64,000 bases of DNA, from IMG/VR virus record IMGVR_UViG_3300032007_000061, positions 15,881 through 79,880 of that record. One strand, 5' to 3'. This document shows, in pieces, positions 63,101 to 64,000 of the stretch. Each line of letters starts with the position of its first letter. Within the stretch, counting starts at the first letter, position 1. The position numbers and the translations under genes are program-made. The notes under the pieces were generated by a model that did not search any database, had not been told where the DNA came from, and saw only the letters and a list, made by a program, of their open reading frames with translations. This DNA is from a virus (lineage: Duplodnaviria; Caudoviricetes).

Positions 63101-64000
63101 TCATGGGTAATAGTGGTATTCAGGCTTCAATGGCTGGTACTACTATGCGTATGATGCTACAGAACCTTTACAACCCCAATAAGAATCAGGCAAAGTTCAT
63201 GCAGCAGATTGGCTTGCGGACTCGTGACGCAAACGGTAATCGTCGCTCTTTGTTTGAGATTCTTTCTGACATATCTCGTCTGACTGGTTCTAATGACACA
63301 AGAAATGTTGTCGGCAATCTGTTGTCTGGTAAAGATGCAAAGAACAATCTCGATACATTCGATGCTGCCAGTAAGTTGTTCCGTGTAACGGCTGCTGCCG
63401 GTGGTGCCTCACTGTTGGGCAATATCGGTGGCTTGGCAGAACTTATTGCTAAGATTCAAGGTGCAAGTGGTAACTCTGCTGCTGTATCTTTAGCCAAGCA
63501 GAATACTGTTGCTGGTATGTGGGCGCAAGCTAAGTCTGCATTTACTGAGGCCGTTGTTAAGGTGTTTGAGGATAATGATATGCAGAAGTATATCAAAGAT
63601 ACGCTTGGCGGGTTGATTAAGTATTTGAAAGAACCTGAATTTATCAAGACTATCAGGGATTTGTTCGACCTCATCAAGGGTATCGGAGAGGCACTTAAAT
63701 GGTTCGTCGGTGCTTGGATTAAAGTGTACCAAACAATACCCACTATTACGAAATGGGTAATGATTATGCAAATGGCCGGCACACAGATTGGATATTTGAT
63801 TACCCCATTTACGCAGCTGATTGGATTGGTTTCGTCGTTGTTGACTCCGTTGACGGCTGTTGGTAGTATTGGTAGCCGTTCTGTTTTATCTGGGATATCA
63901 GCAATTTCAAATATTGAGTCTATTCGTCGAGCTAAATCAGTAAATGAAATAAATAAGAGATTCGGTAGTGATTACTTGAATCCAATGTCCGGCCCTGCAA
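60115..64000 (+). CDS. Tail tape measure protein (TP901-type core), 3'-truncated by the window edge
   Basis: Frame 1 open from ATG 60115 to the end (not in the ORF track because it has no stop); core TKFTAPEAADAARFMAMAGLD, LAESLQYAG, GNSGIQASMAGT. Confidence 0.9.
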   Translation, partial: MAETKNYIVNYDIITNVDKALGPLKEFERVANGLYSNAEKLSEKTGLSRINAEMDDFLRRIENVKKSFEKIQPAFNLQHLQDNLRTMERMVSKSAGNMRTSIQSALSGANPKETQLSHGNRSLINNYLDEIDRVEKIVKEKKKKLNDMLPPDPKYRTRTTRDILSAYGDPRELPEFIELDKDIKDQQKYLKNIKSKLADARKEYNTAAKSAGSPYLPNDLMSPKQWRALQINGKEADVARQQRIRDEYAKQLRDARAAAYREMPTQPTVIPQNMLETVGMIPQLETAYENAKNIARTKRAELSKSITAPLSVARPDFYDTFKEYDSAMKRFGSTDDIANLEAAEKAKQHIMQAGGYDEKQFNRSYKQFGEYEKYLSELTKWREKLERFEKSFKNSNVYQSRRSALLRLREAYATQRQVDAMRTKAEIVTPSTSSVSTGGSTTSIFGGQSQIIEKAFTGKLTLIPDFATAKATIAAERFSANVSLVPLISELRTKLGSEIFKINVEAQIAKSKTKGKNGVTGAIGVLQQELNQLQQSAKAPISVGTQLDRSGLLARASSGYNTLQELAKRHPITYKLASDGSGGFSLNQALARLTELAKSRPVPFKMVHDGSGGFALNQALARLQSLANTRPIQLKTALSGNGTINVNSIKPTGSVNVPLRGVLYKKNITPPSTPIQVKVAAKIAGGNNKNFGLNINTLGLESKVAQLERLRTVWASLPRTGSRTYTVNLKTTGLENIARLEQLLRLVNKMPPSDRRSYNIAARVSETGGRTTTIGAIGGSRRTPVYTKSADDFYTRSRKWAYPFTGNTSFGARTPAAFDMMKGMGVMMGIGGAMGVIGGSFSDAVNYQNVMETARAILRDNYKGNNFNSDYADMVRVVRDVAMRTKFTAPEAADAARFMAMAGLDIPAIKGAISPIADVAAISDMDLGIVADKMTNIMTTYQRSPEQMRNLADMMTKTFTSTNTDMMMLAESLQYAGPMAFASGQSLAETLAMIGIMGNSGIQASMAGTTMRMMLQNLYNPNKNQAKFMQQIGLRTRDANGNRRSLFEILSDISRLTGSNDTRNVVGNLLSGKDAKNNLDTFDAASKLFRVTAAAGGASLLGNIGGLAELIAKIQGASGNSAAVSLAKQNTVAGMWAQAKSAFTEAVVKVFEDNDMQKYIKDTLGGLIKYLKEPEFIKTIRDLFDLIKGIGEALKWFVGAWIKVYQTIPTITKWVMIMQMAGTQIGYLITPFTQLIGLVSSLLTPLTAVGSIGSRSVLSGISAISNIESIRRAKSVNEINKRFGSDYLNPMSGPA

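Noticed and set aside
1-64000. CRISPR array, DGR/retron reverse transcriptase, group I/II intron or intein
   Set aside because: No regularly spaced repeat-spacer array and no RT (YxDD) ORF. The TerL insert is a short Cys motif without intein ends.
1-64000. Stop-codon reassignment as in some gut phages
   Set aside because: Conserved genes are full length in the standard code and TAG is used as a normal stop; no suppressor tRNA seen.

Overview
The whole window looks like part of one tailed-phage genome, probably a temperate myovirus of a Prevotella-like Bacteroidales host. Support: Bacteroidetes TAnnTTTG promoters, Bacteroidales-type gene families and the standard genetic code; no host chromosomal genes were recognised. 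It has three transcriptional blocks. (1) 1-7.3 kb, + strand: endolysin, spanin-like protein, lipoprotein, large terminase, Mu gp36-like adaptor, then a tRNA-Ser flanked by inverted repeats (attP-like) and a tyrosine integrase. (2) 7.4-48.6 kb, mostly - strand: tRNA-Met and about 70 early/accessory genes (MazG-like, ACP, RNase H, ThyX, ArdA-like, PcfK/PcfJ, wHTH proteins, a short recombinase, dUTPase), with a ~2 kb non-coding control/origin region at 38.4-40.5 kb. (3) 48.9-64 kb, + strand: Mu-like head genes (DUF935 portal, Mu F-like, ClpP protease/scaffold, capsid), two sheath-like paralogues, tube, tail chaperone and a tape measure running off the end. Best leads: a -1 frameshift signal that would fuse the portal to the start-less minor-head gene; a repeated ACTATAAT promoter-like motif that is not the host consensus; an integrase apparently missing its first catalytic Arg alongside a catalytic-domain-only recombinase; a phage acyl carrier protein; and a G12 tract that could switch a small gene on and off. 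All family calls come from motif recognition by eye, not database searches.
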